From Lingula anatina (lineage: Eukaryota > Animalia > Brachiopoda), in contig CM120640.1 in the NCBI GenBank assembly GCA_051362555.1, positions 6,758,001-6,822,000 on the forward strand: a DNA stretch of 64,000 nucleotides. Direction: 5' to 3'. A program made the position numbers and the translations under genes. Positions 42,611 through 56,423 of the stretch are shown here, piece after piece; positions within the stretch are counted from its first letter, which is position 1; each line of letters starts with the position of its first letter. A model generated the notes under the pieces. That model had not been told where the DNA came from, did no database searches, and saw nothing but the letters and a program-made list of their open reading frames with translations.

Positions 42611-42979
42611 TTACTTGGAGCTGGTGTACTTGGTGACGGCCTTTGTGCCCTCACTGACAGCGTGCTTAGCAAGCTCACCGGGCAGCAAGAGACGGACAGC
42701 AGTCTGAACCTCTCGGCTGGTGATGGTGGAACGCTTGTTGTAGTGGGCAAGGCGGGAAGCTTCACCGGCAATACGCTCAAAGATGTCATTGACAAAGCTG
42801 TTCATGATGCTCATGGCTTTGCTGGAGATACCGGTGTCAGGGTGCACCTGTTTCATCACTTTGTAGATGTAGATGCTGTAGCTTTCCTTTCTCTTCCTCC
42901 TTCTCTTCTTGTCACCACTACGTGCGGCCTTAGCCTTACCGGCTTTCTTGGCGCCCTTGGAGCTCACTTTGGGAGGCAT
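42611..42979 (-). CDS. H2B: Histone H2B (separated from its promoter by element C)
   Basis: Intact ORF. Confidence 0.97.
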   Translation of the reverse strand: MPPKVSSKGAKKAGKAKAARSGDKKRRRKRKESYSIYIYKVMKQVHPDTGISSKAMSIMNSFVNDIFERIAGEASRLAHYNKRSTITSREVQTAVRLLLPGELAKHAVSEGTKAVTKYTSSK

Positions 42980-43023
42980 GGTACTTGTATTCTACCGTAC
43001 AAATTGAACGTTGAATACTGGCA

Positions 43024-43177
43024 AAATCGCCGAATAATGGTTGGTCGGCGAAGCCGAGCAGGGAAGTTACGAGGTCCAAAGTCTTGCGACAGTGGCCTCT
43101 TTCAACCCTCATGCTTTGCTTTAGGGACGTAGCAGGAGAAAATAAATAAATAAATAACTTAATAAGTTTAAAAAATA

Positions 43178-43212
<35 letters not shown>

Positions 43213-43374
43213 AATGATAATAATACAGAAAAATAAAAATGAAATAGGAAAATAAATAAGTAAAATAAAATAGAATTAAAAAAAAAAAAAAAGAGGAAGT
43301 TGAAATAAAAAAAATAAAATAAAATAAATAAATAAATACAAAAAAAAAAAATAAAAATAAAAATAAAAAAAAAA
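43024..43374 (-). mobile_element. Heavily 5'-truncated LINE of lineage C (3' UTR only) at the same H2B site as A1
   Basis: TSD gaatactggca (43013-43023 and 43375-43385); 3' motif homologous to B1; truncated within an expanded T-rich tract. Confidence 0.9.
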
Positions 43375-44398
43375 GAATACTGGCAGAAGAGAGCGTTTTG
43401 TATTTATACAACGCGTTATGCAAATAAGGGGATCCAGCGCTACACGTTGTGAAATTCACAATCGGATTGGGTGAAGTTCCCAGCGCGCAACAAATGCAGC
43501 GTCGAAGCCGAGGCAATTGAAAGTAGCATATGTCTTATAGGTATAGCTTTCCTGGAAAGATATGGTTGGTCCTGAAAAGGACCGTTTGTGTAAATCGCCG
43601 ACTTGCTGATTTACTTGGAGCTGGTGTACTTGGTGTGCTTAGATAGAATATTTTATGAGTAATTTTACTAGTACTTATCTTCATTATATAAAGATGGTAA
43701 TGCACTAACTGTATTGTATCATCATTTGTATTTCATATTGTACAAGGTCATGACAATCTATGTACCAGTACAGAAATAAATTGAATTGAAATAAATTGAA
43801 ATTAAATTGACTTCATGAAAGCACTTAGTCTACAGTCCAAAGTGGTCTCATCATAAACGAAAACAACGTGCGTATGCTGTTATTTTCAACTTCTTGACAG
43901 CAGTTTATTTATCATTTAACAAGACGTTATCTTCAATGAGGTGTCAAAGCAATGATCTGATTGCAATCAAGAAGCTGACAGCAATTAAGGTGTCCTAAGA
44001 TTTCAATCAAGTCTGACATCAAGGCACTTTTGATACTCAATTAAGCACAATACAATACGAGCCTATATCATATACTTCTATGCCTATATGAGGTATTCAC
44101 CATGGCAGTCAAACCGTGCTCGTTATATCATTAACAATATTAATAAAAATACGTTTCTGGAAGGAGGATGTGAAGCACTTGTTTTGTATCATGCAAAACC
44201 ACATGTACCTATAGTTATTTCATGGCCCCTGTGGTACCAAACAATCTATGTAGAGTTATGCAAATTAGAGGCTCGTATGTTGCACAGTGAGAACGAGGGC
44301 AAGTTAAGCGCTCTCTTTACCTATTGGCAGTTATTTCGACTATGCTGTCTTATTGGACAGATTTGCGTGCAGCACTGAATCCCCATCGATGGCTATAA

Positions 44399-44842
<444 letters not shown>

Positions 44843-46317
44843 ATTGCTGTTTGCAAATTTACAACAAACGGTCCTTTTCAGGACCAACCACATATTCATA
44901 GAAAAGCTACGCCAATGAAGTTCATTACGAATTAATTTTCACATCCCAAATACTCTCTCGTAATGCTAGACGCGATTAATCCCACTATTCTCTGTATATC
45001 GTGAATATGAAACCATAAATAAGAATTGGTCCTTGTCACCCAGAAGAGTGAAAAATCAAGTTTATAATTGATATCTGCAAAATCAACTTTGACTTAATCA
45101 CTGGTGACAGACAGCTAAACTAATTGTCACAGTGTCATGTACAAGCCAAGCTTTGCTGTATTGTAAACATACACATTCATTTTATATATTTATTTGCACG
45201 CGTGAGAGAACAGAGGATTTTATTGTCTTCCCAGGAGTTAAGAAGCACAAAAAAACATATCTATAGGCTCTAATTTGTTTATGGGATCTGTCTTTTTTCT
45301 TTTTTTTTTTTTTTCACAATATTGATAAATATTTCTGATGAAAAGAGCATCTTTTGTCTTTTTTCCTTCTTTTAATAAAGGTACGAAAATTATGTTTTAG
45401 GTGTCTTTTATTTAATTCTGTATAGGAAAAGGTAGACAATTTAAATGGCCCGCTTTTCTTTTACCTTTTTCTAACACTAACACTTACAGTTACCCTTTAC
45501 TGCAAAAAGAGTGATCATTTTCTTGCAGAAAAGCAGTTTTAGCACTCAATATACATGTTGTATGTAAAATGATATGGGCCTGCCCCTAAATGGCTTAATT
45601 TGATAACTGTTTTAAACACGTACTGCTACTTTTAGGTAGCTTATTAAACGAAAGAATTTTATGAAATCCTTTTTCATTATTTCGCAAAGGCAAAAGAAAT
45701 CCACGACTGTCTCAATTTTAATTTAGTTTTTAATTTTTACTATGTCTAAAGTTACATAATGTAAGGAGCCCTAAATGGTAACATATATGCTCCAGTAACG
45801 TATGTTCCAGGTCATTTAATTTTAATTTTTATATCGGTTTCCCTATATTTTGTAGTGATTCAATCATGGTATATTATGCATAATGTAAATATGTTTTTGT
45901 AAATATTTAAACTGTAACTCCACCTTTCCACGGAAAAAGCTCATATCCGATAAAATAAATATATAATTGATAAAATTACTAGAAATTTGGACAGTTTGTT
46001 AGTTTATGTGAAGAATCATATTCCCTGCACTGTATTAAAGTTATTTATTCACAGATTTTGGAATTTCTTTTCAAATCTAATGAATGTTGAATACAGCAAA
46101 ATGTATTTCATTAGTTTTTTATTAAACAAATATATAAATGCATGTTATGAAGGAACCAAACTGCCAATGTGCTGTTTTATATCCAAATACAGGACTGTGT
46201 TATTTTGAAATTAGATGATAGTTGATGTGATAAATGCACCTGAAAGAAAAGTTAAGACGATCCTTGATGTTAACGGTTGGTGGAGATTTTGCCTATAATA
46301 CGAGTACAACAATATTA

Positions 46318-46355
<38 letters not shown>

Positions 46356-46963
46356 TGTAATGACTTGATCTTTTCAACGGGGAAAACTTTGCATTTTTTT
46401 TTTTTCAATTTATTTTTGTGGTGCTTTTGCTGTACAGATAAGATGGCCTGCCATTCAGTTTTGTTGTCGAAACCCAATAGGAATGTTTCTCCTCTCTTGA
46501 AAGAATACATGACTTTAAAAGTACAGCATCTGTAAAATTCAGAATTTCCCCCACTGAAAAGATCGAGTGATTACAGTAAATGACCTAAAATACTGCAGTA
46601 CTAAAACTTGAACCAAATTTTAGTATATAATAAGCATGTAAAATGCACTGCTAATGAAAATATGTAAAACAATTAAAAATCGAGGATCTGCACACTGGCA
46701 TGCCTTTGCAAACCAGAAAACCGACTTCTTTGCTACTCATTATAGCGCATTTGCTACTCATTATAGAGATAATTAATTGTGAATAGTAATTCTTTCAAAT
46801 GCATTATCAACTATTGATTTCCTTTTCATCAACTTTAATTATTTCAGAAGAAATTATACGAAGACAATTCAGGGTGGACAACGTACGTCAGCACTAATGG
46901 TTTAGCTTTTCTGATTTGTAGTGGTCCTGAAAAGGACCGTTTTGTTGAGAGTAAAAGCAGAAT

Positions 46964-47392
<429 letters not shown>

Positions 47393-47422
47393 TCAAATGA
47401 CTTGAATGATTTGGGGTATATG

Positions 47423-50400
47423 ATGATGTATAGGTTTGTGTCGGCGAAGCCGACACGGGAAAGTTACGAAGTCTCGTGCATTAAAATACAAGAGCTTCTT
47501 TCAATCCCCAAAACGTGTTTATTGTCTTCTGCCTCTATTGTTTGTCTGTACGTGGTTTTGGTCTCGCTTGGATTTTTTTATTTATTTTTTTTTTGACCGT
47601 CTCTTTAAAGTTTGCGCGCTGGCCGCCCCTTCCAGCTTGTTAATTTTTTCCAGATGTTTGTTATTACAATATAAATATTTTTATATATAATATACATATA
47701 TTATATAATATACATATATTATATACCTATTTTCCTCCGCCTTTATAGTATTATCGTGTTTTCTCATTCCATTTCCTTGTCTCTGGTCATCGGGAGCCTA
47801 GATGTGTTTATCCTTATTTTGTGGACTGAGGTTGCCCTTTTCAGGGTTGTATTTTTCCTTTCTTCCTCCGGTCATCGGGAGACCGGGGTCGCTACCGTTA
47901 GACCGTTTCATATGCACAATTTGTACCATTATTTATATAAGTCAAGGGTAGTATTTTTGCCTGGTTTGCTTAATATTATGTTTTTTAGCTTAAGTTCTTT
48001 GAATAGATGGCTATTTTCGAACCTGCTAATTGTTTTTGTGCCCAGAAAAAATAGTCTGCTTGATATATATTCAATGTTGGCCAGCTTGTGCAGCGTTACG
48101 ATCGAAGTTTTTGTTGGTAATTTGAGCGCTATTCGTAGCGCTCTATTCTGGATTTTTTGCAGATCTTTGAGCCTTGTCTTGTTGATGCCAGCTAGTATAA
48201 CTGCCCCGTACTCAAGTACGGGCCGAATGAAGGATTTATATAGTTTGAGGAGGCAGGCACTCGATGCCCCCCAGTTTGTTCCTCTGAGTCTTATGAGAAG
48301 GCCAGTTCTTTTCCTGGCTCTTTTCACTGTGTTGTCTACGTGTTTTTTGAAACCTAGTTTTCTGTCGAATGTGATTCCCAGCAGTGTGACTTCCTCACAT
48401 GTTTCTAATCGGTCGCCAAATAATGTGAGGTTAAGCTTGGGTTGTTCATTTGATTTTGAAAAGATGATTAATTGTGTTTTCTTGGTGTTTAGTTTTATCC
48501 GCCATAGAGAGCACCATAATTCGAGATCCTTCATCACACCCGTCACTCTAGTTTCTATGCTTTTGACGTTTTTACATGATGTCCACATGCCTAAATCGTC
48601 TGCAAATTGAGAGACCTCGGTGTTGTATCTTGGGTTTATTGGTAGGTCGTTCACATATATTAGGAATAGCAACGGGCTGATTACAGACCCCTGAGGCGTG
48701 CCAGCATTGAGACTTACATATAAGGATATCTCGCCTTTGATTCTGACCTTGATCTTTCTGTCTTTCAAAAAAGATGACAGCAAGCGGACAATCTTAACTG
48801 GCAGGTTACTATTTGCTAGTTTGTACCTTAACCCAGCGTGCCAAACTGAGTCGAAAGCCTTCTCCACGTCCAGCATCATAGTGCCCTTAACCCAGCCTTT
48901 GTTCATTGCCAGTTGTGCACTTTCAGCTAATCTGAGCACATGCTCCATTCCTTCTTTTTTGCTCATGTACGCTCTTTGCCATTTATTGAAAAATTGGTCA
49001 TTTTCTAGATTTTCTTTTATTCTAGTGGTGATTATTCTCTCGAATAGTTTGCCTAGGCAGCTTAGCAGGCTGATCGGTCTGTAATTCGTTGTTACTTTGT
49101 GATCTTTCTCAGGTTTGGGTATCAGTATACCAGTTGCTTTTTTCCATATTGTGGGGAAATATCCCAACTGCAGACAGTTGTTATAAATGTCGCATAGTTT
49201 GTTTTTCAGACATTCAGGCGCTTTTTTAATTATCCCGTTTGTTATTGTGTCGTCACCTGGTAACATGTTTTTTGTATTTTTCAGATTTCCGTTTAGTTCA
49301 TCTATTGTGATTTTATCTAGAATTTTGTGATTGTCCCCTTCTACCAGTGTGGGGCTGGATAAGGGATTAAAATTGTTTTTGTTTTTTTCGACGTATTTTT
49401 CCACCACCGCTTTGAAACCGTCGTCGAATATGACCCCCTCGTGGGTGTTATGTATCTTGCCAAGGGTATTTGCAAATGCATTTGCTTTCTCCGCATCGTT
49501 TGTTGTAAGTTGCCCATTTTCTTTGAGTACAGGCTTTTCAGATGTTTCTTTAGCTTTGCCAGTGCTAGTTAGCCTCTTAAACATGTCCCAGAAGGTTTTG
49601 TCCATTTTTCTTTCATTTAGCATAGAGGTAGCGGTTTCCCAAGCTTTTTGTTTTTCTTTTTTGATGGCTTCTTTGACCCGTTTTGTCATATAGTTGTACA
49701 TGATTTTATAGAAAGGGCCTTCTTTCTTTTGAGCCAGGCGTCTTAGTTTTCTTTTCAGTTTTATAAGCTTAAGGGTGTCCTCGCTTACTCTCCATACATT
49801 TTCTCGTACCTTTGTCTTTGGGCATGCGGTTTCAAGTGCATTTACTAGTGTCTCGGTCACATTCTCACAAGCTTCGTCTATTCCAGTGGTGGTAGGTGTG
49901 ACTGCGTCACCTTTTAGATTTTCAGAAATTAGATGGTCAAACAGTGGTTGGTTTATTTTTCTTGTATTCCGCCGTAAGACAGTTGGTGCTCTTGCTATTC
50001 GGTTATTCTGAATGATTTTAACGTGTAGGGGTAGATGGTCGCTACCGACGTCTTCACCTACATAACAGTCCGCTATTTTCGAGTAAAGTTGAGTCGTGAC
50101 AAAAGCCATGTCCAGCGTATCAGTATTGCCATTAGTGGCCATGTGCGTAGTTTCGCCATTATCATTAAGATTTATCAGATCTAGTTCCTCAGTTATGTCA
50201 AAGAGAACGTTTCCGTTATTGTTCGTTTTCTTGCAACCAAAGAAAGCGTACTTACTGTTAAAATCGCCTATAAATAGACAATTTTGATATTGATCAGTAA
50301 AGTGCTTAAATACTGCTTTGTCTGGGGTTGTATGCGGTGGGTTATACAGTGAAACTATAGCCGTTTTTATTTGATTTATCGTAGTTTCTATCCCCAGTAT

Positions 50401-50634
50401 TTCAGCATTAAGGTTGCTGGTATTGATAGCTTGGAACTTTACATCTTTCTTAACGAGTATAGCCACTCAGCCTCCATGCGCATCTCTGTCCCTGCGCAAC
50501 ACCTGATAGCCGCTCACAGATATTTTTGTCTTCTCACTCAACTTTGTCTCGTTTATGCATACGATGTCAGGTTTATGCTCTACCAGATATTCAACTAAGA
50601 GTTGTTTCTTGGTTTTAAGACTGTTTATGTTGAT
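47423..50634 (-). mobile_element. Non-LTR retrotransposon A2 at the presumed H3 start site, truncated at the beginning of ORF2
   Basis: TSD atgatttggggtatatg (47406-47422 and 50635-50651); highly similar to A1. Confidence 0.96.
47929..50634 (-). pseudogene. LINE ORF2 APE-RT lacking its start codon, with GGA>TGA nonsense at 50467-50469
   Basis: 845-aa open remainder (47929-50466); compared with A1. Confidence 0.9.
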
Positions 50635-51131
50635 ATGATTTGGGGTATATGCTACAGAGATTTGTAATATAGCGGTCTATTTGGTGATTGGATGACCCAA
50701 ATTCCTGTCCTATTTTGAGCGCACCTCATTGGATGTATTTTCATTAAAAAATCATTGAATATGTATAACTACACGTGTGCGCTTAAAATATGCAGCATTG
50801 AATCCGAGGCAGAGTGAAGGAATGACATATTTCTGCATGTATCACCAAGTTTAGTGGATTTCTGAAAGAAATGAAAATTGGCAAAATAAAAATAATTAAT
50901 TCCCACCAATTAAGATCCAACTTCTGTAACGTTCTTAAAGTGATCTCTCTTTGCTAAGAAAAACATAGTTGCAAGATAGATGAAATGTGTTTGAACTCTA
51001 CGATTTGCCCAATCATATCACTCTACACGCACAAGTGGTCGTTTTGGCCAATCAAGTTAAGATTTGGTGTTGAAGATCGTTGGCGTCGGATAGGTGAGTA
51101 TATAACACGAGGCAACCTTCGGCGATTAAGC

Positions 51132-54033
51132 GGTGTCATCTTGATGATGGCGTTTGTTATTTCATCTTCCCCTGGAGCGGTGTTCTTAGTTTGCTTTAGG
51201 TTCGTCTCTATTTCTTCAACGGAGATTGGTGACACTGACTCGTGCTCGTCTCCACTTTCGATGGTAGGATGGGGAAGGGGGTTGAACAGTGTGCTGTTTT
51301 TATTCACATAGTTCTCCACACATTTTTTGAAATTATCATCGAAGATGTTTCCTTCGTGTGTGTTGTGGATTTTTCCAAGGGTTGTGGCGAAGGCTTTGGC
51401 CTTTTCATCATTGTTAGTGGTCAGACTGCCGTCTTCTTTTAGCACCTGTTTTTCTCGACCGCTTTTTTTTGTTTTTCCTGTGCCTGTGAGTGATTTGAAT
51501 GTTTGCCAAAAGTTTTTGTCCATTTTTTGGCTGATTAAACTGGATGTTGCGTTTTCCCAGGATGCTTGTTTTTCTTGGATGATGGCTGATTTTACTCGCT
51601 TAGTCATGTAATTGTACATAACTTTGTAGAAACTACCCTCTTTCTTTTGGCTAAGTCTTCTGAGTTTTCTTTCTAGCTTGATTAGCTTGAGGGTTTCGTT
51701 GCTAACCCTCCAAACATTTTCACGCACCCGTGTTTTTGGACATGCTAAGTCTAGAGCTTTGCTTAATGTGTCTGTAACGTTGTCGCACGCCTGATCTATG
51801 TTGTGTATGTTTGTGGATATTGATGCGACATTCAGGTTGTAATTTATTGCATTATCGAAGGCGACCGTGTTAAGTTTTCTGATGCATCTTTTCAGTATCT
51901 CTGTCTCTTTAGCGATGTTTATGTTGCTTGTTAGTTTCACATGCAAAGGAAGATGATCACTTCCTACGTCTTCGCCGACGTAGCATTCAGAGATTTTGGA
52001 TAAAGTGGGCTGCGTTGCGAAAGCCATGTCAAGTATGTCAGTGCTACCAAGTGGGGACATGTGCGTTCATGTCATTGAGAATTGTTAGCTCAAGATCTTC
52101 ACTTATGTCAAACAATATGTGCCCATTCTCGTTAAATTTTTTGCACCCGAAGTATCTGTGCTTGCTGTTAAGATCTCCCATGAACAGACTGGGTATATTG
52201 TGTTGTGAAGAAACTGAATACTTCTTTGCTTGGATTAGTATTTGGAGGGTTGTATATTGCGACAATAGCAGTTTTACATTTCTGTATACTGATCTCAATA
52301 CTCAGCACTTCGGCTGTCAGATTGTCTGTTTTTATGTCTTGGCAAGGTAGGCCTTTTTTTACTAAAATGGCCACGCCTCCTCCTCGTGAGTTTCTATCTT
52401 TTCTGGTCATATCATACCCTTTGAAGGATATTTTGATTTCTCACTAAGTTTGGTCTCATTTAAGAGAACCACTTCTGGTTTGTGTTCTGATAAGTATTCT
52501 ACGAGGAGCTGTTTGTGTGCTCTGAGGCCATTTATATTGATATGAATTATGTGAGTCATCATTGTTTTCTTAGAAGTTCGCTTTCTTTGTTGTTATTATT
52601 TCTTACTTGAAAGCCACGCTATGAATAATTTCGCCGTCAATTTTTTCTTTATAAGTTGTAGTGACTGCTTCAGCAATGTCTTTGCATATGTCGCTTTCAT
52701 TGATTTGAATTTTCAGTCTTTTAGATGTGATTTTCATGAGGGCTTTAGCCAGACAGATGGCTAGTTTGATGGCATCATTGACACTTTTTGGGTTTGCACT
52801 TTTTATTGCTTCTATTGATTGTTTCTTTTGCTCAACGATTGCTTCCTTTTGGAAGACTTTGCAGCCTTTATATGATGAGTGGTGGGCTCCTTGACAGTTG
52901 ACACATTTTTTGCTGTCAGATACGCAATCTTTATAGTTGTGCTCACCACCACAGTTTTTGCAGGCTTTAGGTGATTCGCACTGTTTAGCAAGGTGGCCAA
53001 ATTTTTGGCACTTGAAGCACTGAGTAAGATCTGATTTTGCTGGTGTGTAATCTAGAGCAAAGTATTTTTGGTGTGCTAGAGTTATGCCATTTTTTAGAAA
53101 CTGTTGTTTCTGCTGTTGGTCATTGCATTTAACCTTGACTTTGTGTATAGCTTTATTAGTTTGGTTGCTGTGCATGCGAAAAGCTGCAAGCTTTAGTTCA
53201 TCTGAAATTTCTTTGTCAGTGACCTTTGGTGATATATTTTTAATCACAATGAACAGGTTTTCTTTGTTTTCTCGGTTTTTATTTTCTGATGTTTTTCTTA
53301 TTGTTGTCCCTTTCAGGGCCCCTGAATTAACGTTTAGCTGAAGAATTTTCTCAGCTGATTTTTCGTCTTGGGCAAAGATGAGGGTGTGACCTCTTTTTGT
53401 CTTGACTGTTTTGAATATCTTAACATCATTGCCTACTACTCTACGTAGGGCTAGAGGGTTGTCAGCAATGCTGCTGGGGAGGTTTTCTAGTAGTATTGGT
53501 CTTGGTTTTGGGGATTTGAAGTACTTCTCCTTTTTAGGAGGGACTTTCCATTACTTGTGGGGTCCTGAAAACCGCTCCAGGGGAAGATGAAATAACAAAC
53601 GCCATCATCAAGATGACACCGCACACTCTGAAAATGAGACTGTGCAATATCTTTAACGCCTGCTTGACGATTGGATATTTTCCAACAAAATGGAAGCAAG
53701 CTACAGGCATCATGCTTCCGAAGCCAGGAAATAACCTCAAAATAACCACTAACTACAGGCCAATCAGTCTTCTAAGTTGTCTCGGGAAAACTACTTGAAA
53801 GAATCTTAGCCACCAGACTGAAAAATACGCTAAAAGCTTCCAATGCCTTTAACAAATAGCAAAGAGCGTACCTTGAGAAAAAAGAAGGAATAGAACGTCC
53901 TTAGACTGGTAGAGACAGCAAAACTAGCAATACAGAAAAAGTGGGCCACAGGAACCATCCTGCTGGACGTAGAAAAAGCTTTCGACAGTGTGTGGCACGA
54001 TGGACTGAGATACAAATTGGCTCATCACAATCT
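51132..54033. mobile_element. Non-LTR retrotransposon B2 with 5' inversion at the presumed H4 start site; 3' part deleted
   Basis: Follows ggcgattaagc (51121-51131); inverted segment 51132-53570 (ORF1 plus 5' ORF2, minus strand); sense segment 53571-54033. Confidence 0.93.
52603..53550 (-). CDS. LINE ORF1 (gag-like, three zinc knuckles), near full length, start not seen
   Basis: Open frame WKVPPKKEKY...CFKCQKFGHLAKQC..CKNCGGEHNYKDC..CVNCQGAHHSSYKGC...VAFK. Confidence 0.8.
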   Translation of the reverse strand, partial: WKVPPKKEKYFKSPKPRPILLENLPSSIADNPLALRRVVGNDVKIFKTVKTKRGHTLIFAQDEKSAEKILQLNVNSGALKGTTIRKTSENKNRENKENLFIVIKNISPKVTDKEISDELKLAAFRMHSNQTNKAIHKVKVKCNDQQQKQQFLKNGITLAHQKYFALDYTPAKSDLTQCFKCQKFGHLAKQCESPKACKNCGGEHNYKDCVSDSKKCVNCQGAHHSSYKGCKVFQKEAIVEQKKQSIEAIKSANPKSVNDAIKLAICLAKALMKITSKRLKIQINESDICKDIAEAVTTTYKEKIDGEIIHSVAFK

Positions 54034-54463
54034 ACCTAAAGTAGCTTATTTGACTACAGTCCAAAGTGGTCTCATCATAAACGAAAACAACGTGCGTATG
54101 CTGTTATTTTCAACTTCTTGACAGCAGTTTATTTATCAAAACAAGACGTTATCTTCAATGAGGTGTCAAAGCAATGATCTGATTGCAATCAAGAAGCTGA
54201 CAGCAATTAAGGTGTCCTAAGATTTCAATCGTCTGACATCAAGGCACTTTTGATACTCAATTAAGCACAATACAATACGAGCCTATATCATACTTCTATG
54301 CCTATATGAGGTATTCACCATGGCAGTCAAACCGTGCTCGTTATATCATTAACAATATTAATAAAAAATACGTTACTGGAAGGAGGATGTGAAGCACTTG
54401 TTTTGTGTCATGCCAAACCACATGTACCTATAGTTATTTCATGGCCCCTGTGGTACCAAACAA

Positions 54464-54671
54464 TCTGGCTGCTGAGGTCCTCGAGTTGGCGGGGAATGCT
54501 GCCCGTGACAACAAAAAATCAAGAATTGTCCCCTGTCACTTGCAGCTGGCTGTCTGCAACGACGAGGAATTGAACAAGCTGCTTGGAGGCGTCACCATTG
54601 CCCAGGGTGGTGTTCTGCCAAACATCCAGGCTGTCCTTCTCCCCAAGAAAAGCAAGGCAGCTGCCAAGTAA
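54464..54671 (+). pseudogene. H2A: Histone H2A pseudogene (promoter and first ~57 codons deleted)
   Basis: Spacer caatct is fused to ggctgctgagg via ATCT microhomology; two Arg>Cys changes; stem-loop retained. Confidence 0.93.
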
Positions 54672-54920
54672 ATTGCTGTTTGCAAATTTACAACAAACGG
54701 TCCTTTTCAGGACCAACCACATATTCATAGAAAAGCTACGCCAATGAAGTTCATTACGAATTAATTTTCACATCCCAAATACCTTCTCGTAATGCTAGAC
54801 GTAATTAATCCCACTATTCTCCGTATATCGTGAATATGAAACCATAAATAAGAATTGGTCCTTATCACCCAGAAGAGTGAAAAAGTTTATAATTGATATC
54901 TGCAAAATCAACTTTGACTA

Positions 54921-55137
54921 ACACCCCATTTCCATAGATTAGATCGACCTACTTTAGATCGACCTAACTCCCTGGGGGTTCACGCTAAATAGCTGTCAGC
55001 TGGGCGGACACGAAAGTTAATTACCTCCTTACAGCTTGTAGTAGGCGGGACGGACATTTAAGTCGGATTATCTGAAAGTAATCTAGTGAGACTCCCCGCG
55101 GGGATAGATCGATCTAAAATCTATGGGAATAGAGCTT
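54921..55137. mobile_element. ~220 bp MITE (PIF/Harbinger-like), copy 2
   Basis: Absent from other units at gacttaatcact (9920); TAA-like TSD; imperfect TIRs. Confidence 0.8.
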
Positions 55138-56290
55138 AAATCACTGGTGACAGACAGCTGAACTAATTGTCACAGTGTCATGTACAAGCCAAGCTTTGCT
55201 GTATTGTAAACATACACATTCATTTTATATATTTATTTGCACGCGTGAGAGAACAGAGGATTTTATTGTCTTCCCAGGAGTTAAGAAGCACAAAAATACA
55301 TATCTATAGGCTCTAATTTGTTTATTGGGATCTGTCTATTTTCTTTTTTCTTTTTCTTTTTTTTTTACAATATTGATAAATATTTCTGATGAAAAGACCA
55401 TCTTTTGTCTTTTTTTAATAAAGATACGAAAATTATGTTTTAGGTGTCTTTTATTTAATTTGTATAGGAAAAGGTAGACAAATGGCCCGCTTTTCTTTTA
55501 CCTTTTTCTGACACTAACACTTACAGTTACCCTTTACTGCAAAAAAAGTGATCATTTTCTTGCAGAAAAGCAGTTTTAGGGTTCAATATACATGTTGTAT
55601 GTAAAATAATATGGGCCTGCCCCTAAATGGCTTAATTTGATAACTGTTTTAAACACGTACTGCTACTTTTAGGTAGCTTATTACATGAAAGAATTTTATA
55701 AAATCCTTTTTCATTATTTCGCAAAGGCAAAAGAAATCCACGACTGTCTCAATTTTAATTTAGTTTTTAATTTTTACTATGTCTAAAATTACATTATGTA
55801 AGGAGCCCTAAATGGTAACATATGCACCAGTAACGTATGTTCCGGGTCATTTAAATAATTTAAATTTTTATATCGCTTTCCCTATATTTTGTAGTGATTC
55901 AATCATGGTAAATTATGCATAAAGTAAAGATGTTTTTGTAAATATTTAAACTGTAACTCCACCTTTCCACGGAAAAAGCTCATATCCGATAAAATAAATA
56001 TATAATTGATAAAATTACTAGAAATTTGGACAGTTTGTTAGTTTGGACATTTTATGTGAAGAATCATATTCCCTGCACTGTATTAAAGTTATTTATTCAC
56101 AGATTTTGGATTTTCTTTTCAAATCTAATGAATGTTGAATACAGCAAAATGTATTTCATTAGTTTTTTATTAAACAAATATATAAATGTATGTTATGAAG
56201 GAACCAAACTGCCAATGTGCTGTTTTATATCCAAATACAGGACTGTGTTATTTTGAAATTAAATGATATTTGATGTGATAAATGCACCTG

Positions 56291-56311
56291 GGCCCAGTTT
56301 CATAAGGGGCC
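56291..56311. mobile_element. 21-bp collapsed Harbinger-type remnant
   Basis: ctg|ggccc...gggcc|ctg inserted at cacctgaaag relative to the other units. Confidence 0.55.
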
Positions 56312-56366
56312 CTGATGGTGAAAGAAAGCTAAAACAATCCTTGATGTTAACTGTTGGTGTAGATTT

Positions 56367-56423
<57 letters not shown>

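Noticed and set aside
43024-43374. Reading element C as a plus-strand SINE with an A-rich tail
   Set aside because: The reverse complement is homologous to the B1 3' UTR including its (TTTA)n tract, so the A-rich run is internal and the element is minus-strand.
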